NCBI RefSeq assembly: GCF_006345805.1
Contig: NW_021827716.1
Location: 1 to 9,976, forward strand
Source: Octopus sinensis
Taxonomy: Eukaryota
Direction of reading: 5' to 3'
Length of the DNA stretch: 9,976 bases
Part shown: in pieces, positions 8,156 to 9,976 of the stretch
How positions within the stretch are numbered: position 1 is the first letter of the stretch
Layout of the letters: each line of letters starts with the position of its first letter
Program-made: the position numbers and the translations under genes
Notes under the pieces: model-generated
Database searches by the model: none
What the model was told of the DNA's origin: nothing
The model's input: only the letters and a program-made list of their open reading frames with translations

Positions 8156-8173
8156 CTTCTAATATTTCACTGG
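8156..8173 (-). CDS. Candidate 18-nt frame-preserving microexon (xSEILEx, phase 1-1)
   Basis: Minus: ttttttttaatttttattttcactttgtctcctctag | CCAGTGAAATATTAGAAG | gtgaga, with a very strong polypyrimidine tract and a near-consensus donor. Only one frame is open. An alternative acceptor 4 nt downstream (ccag) is possible. Confidence 0.5.
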
Positions 8174-8229
8174 CTAGAGGAGACAAAGTGAAAATAAAAA
8201 TTAAAAAAAATAATAATAATAATTCGATT

Positions 8230-8785
8230 ATATCATACCTCTGCGTGTCTGTGTGTGAAACCATACATTCATACACACTCGTGCTCACGTATATAGGCAT
8301 ATACGTTCATACGTGCACTTACACATTCGTATGCAAGCGTGCATATATGTCAATAAATATGTACGGACACGCGTATAATCACTCACGGTCTCACACATAT
8401 ATATACTTATAAAGGTGTACATTGATAGATAGACAGGTATATATTCATACGTGCATATACACAAAGACAGATACATTCACACACACGTACACACGCACGC
8501 ACACGCACACACATACACACACACACACTTGTATATGGATATGTTTGTCAGTACATATACAAATGAACATATATTTATAACTGCATCTATCTTTCTAGTA
8601 TAGAGGTAAGGTTAAAATCCATATACATACATTCACACACACACGCACACACGCACACACACACCACACATTATACATACATATATATATGTATATATAT
8701 ATATATATGCGCATATATACATATATATATATATGCGCATATATACATATATACATATATATATATATATACATCTATATATATA
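8230..8785. repeat. Degenerate (AC)n/(AT)n/(ACAT)n microsatellite region
   Basis: Dinucleotide and tetranucleotide runs with short unique interruptions. Confidence 0.85.
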
Positions 8786-9015
8786 ATTCTTTACTGCCCA
8801 CAAGGGGCTAACACAGAGGGGACAAACAAGGACAGACAAGGGGATTAAGTCGATTACATCGACCCCAGTGCGTAACTGGTACTTAATTTATTTATCGACC
8901 GAAAGATGAAGGCAAAGTCGACCTCGGCGGTATTTGAACTCAGAACGTAACGACAGACGAAATACGGCTACGCATTTCGCGCCCAGCATGCTAACGGTTC
9001 TGCCAGCTCGCCGCC
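8786..9015 (-). mobile_element. tRNA-derived SINE (second family), apparently full length, inserted in (TA)n
   Basis: Minus begins GGCGGCGAGCTGGCAGAACCGTTAGC (A-box-like TGGCAGAACCG, 8995-9005), with B box GTTCAAATACC (8929-8939). The central domain is GCCGAGGTCGACTTTGCCTTCATCTTTCGGTCGATAAATAAATTAAGTACCAG and the tail ends ...GGGCAGTAAAGAAT. It resembles abundant octopus SINEs (from memory). Confidence 0.82.
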
Positions 9016-9019
9016 GCCA

Positions 9020-9021
9020 TC

Positions 9022-9052
<31 letters not shown>

Positions 9053-9092
9053 ATATATATATATATATGTATATATATATAAATATATTATA

Positions 9093-9148
<56 letters not shown>

Positions 9149-9400
9149 ATGTACTATATATATGTATATATAATTTTTATATACCACACATATTCATAGT
9201 CATACATATATGTACGAATGTATATATATATATGTGTGTGTGTATGTTTGTATATATAGAGAGAATGAGCTAGAGGGATGGAGGGAGAGAGAGAGAACAC
9301 ACACACATACCCGTTTATTCTGTATGTGCTTGGGTGTACATATAACTGCTTATATTGGTGTAGATAGGGATGTACGCATATGATATATATATATATATAT

Positions 9401-9432
<32 letters not shown>

Positions 9433-9680
9433 TACATTCCTGTCTCTCAAGAACACAGAAATGCATAAGTATATATATACACATACATACATACATACAT
9501 ACATACACACATACATACATATATATACACTTTTATACAGATACATATCTAATAAATTAATTACCTCTCAATTAATCTATCTAACTTTATGCAGATAATA
9601 TTTATATATGTGAGTGCATATTCACGCATGCGTAAGCCTGTGTGTGTATACACAATCATACGCATATATATATATGCATA
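9020..9680. repeat. (TA)n, (GA)n, (ACAT)n and (GT)n microsatellite region
   Basis: Direct reading of the sequence. (GA)n at ~9410-9430 and (ACAT)n at ~9480-9520. Confidence 0.9.
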
Positions 9681-9907
9681 CAAGTGAAGTGCACACATCG
9701 AATATTGTAATTTTCACACGGGTGTGAAATGTAATTAAGCGTAAAGAAGTACTCAATACTGTCAGATAGATTGGAATATTAATATTCATTCTGAGATAAG
9801 TCGAATATTAATATATCTTATCAATATTTATTAATATTAATTCTCTACTTTCTAATAATTGGTTTCAAATTTTGGCACAAGACCGGTTATTTCGTGTGGA
9901 GCGGGGT

Positions 9908-9976
9908 GTCGATTACATCGATCCCAATGCTCAACTTCTACTTATTTAACCGAACTCTGAAAAGGAGGAAAAAGAA
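9908..9976 (-). mobile_element. Diverged fragment of the SINE central domain (related to 8786-9015), truncated by the window end
   Basis: GTCGATTACATCGATCCCAATGCTCAACTTCTACTTATTTA aligns with GTCGATTACATCGACCCCAGTGCGTAACTGGTACTTAATTTA at 8849-8890. The preceding sequence differs, implying a different tail or subfamily. Confidence 0.65.

Overview
This is AT-rich eukaryotic DNA dominated by microsatellites: (AC/GT)n, (AT)n, (ACAT)n, (ACT/ACC)n, (GGT/GAT)n and (AAT)n. The repeat landscape and SINE types resemble an octopus or coleoid cephalopod genome; this is recognition from memory, not a database result. No supplied ORF is a credible gene, because nearly all are translations of simple repeats. 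The non-repetitive islands fall into four groups. (1) Several short mobile-element pieces, mostly embedded in (TA)n, carry minimal type-I hammerhead-ribozyme (HHR) motifs of the kind found in Penelope-like retroelements. These are an ~80-bp-arm palindrome with two back-to-back HHR motifs (2860-3022), a degenerate HHR at 5626-5661 (-), and an HHR-like motif in the tail of a tRNA-headed SINE-like element (6537-6933). (2) A ~500-bp non-autonomous Helitron-like element lies at 7372-7875. (3) A second tRNA-derived SINE family has a full copy at 8786-9015 (-) and a diverged fragment at 9908-9976. (4) Four candidate very short exons on the minus strand (18, 13, 44 and 35 nt) have good splice signals and join in one open frame, suggesting the window is mostly intronic sequence of an unidentified minus-strand gene.
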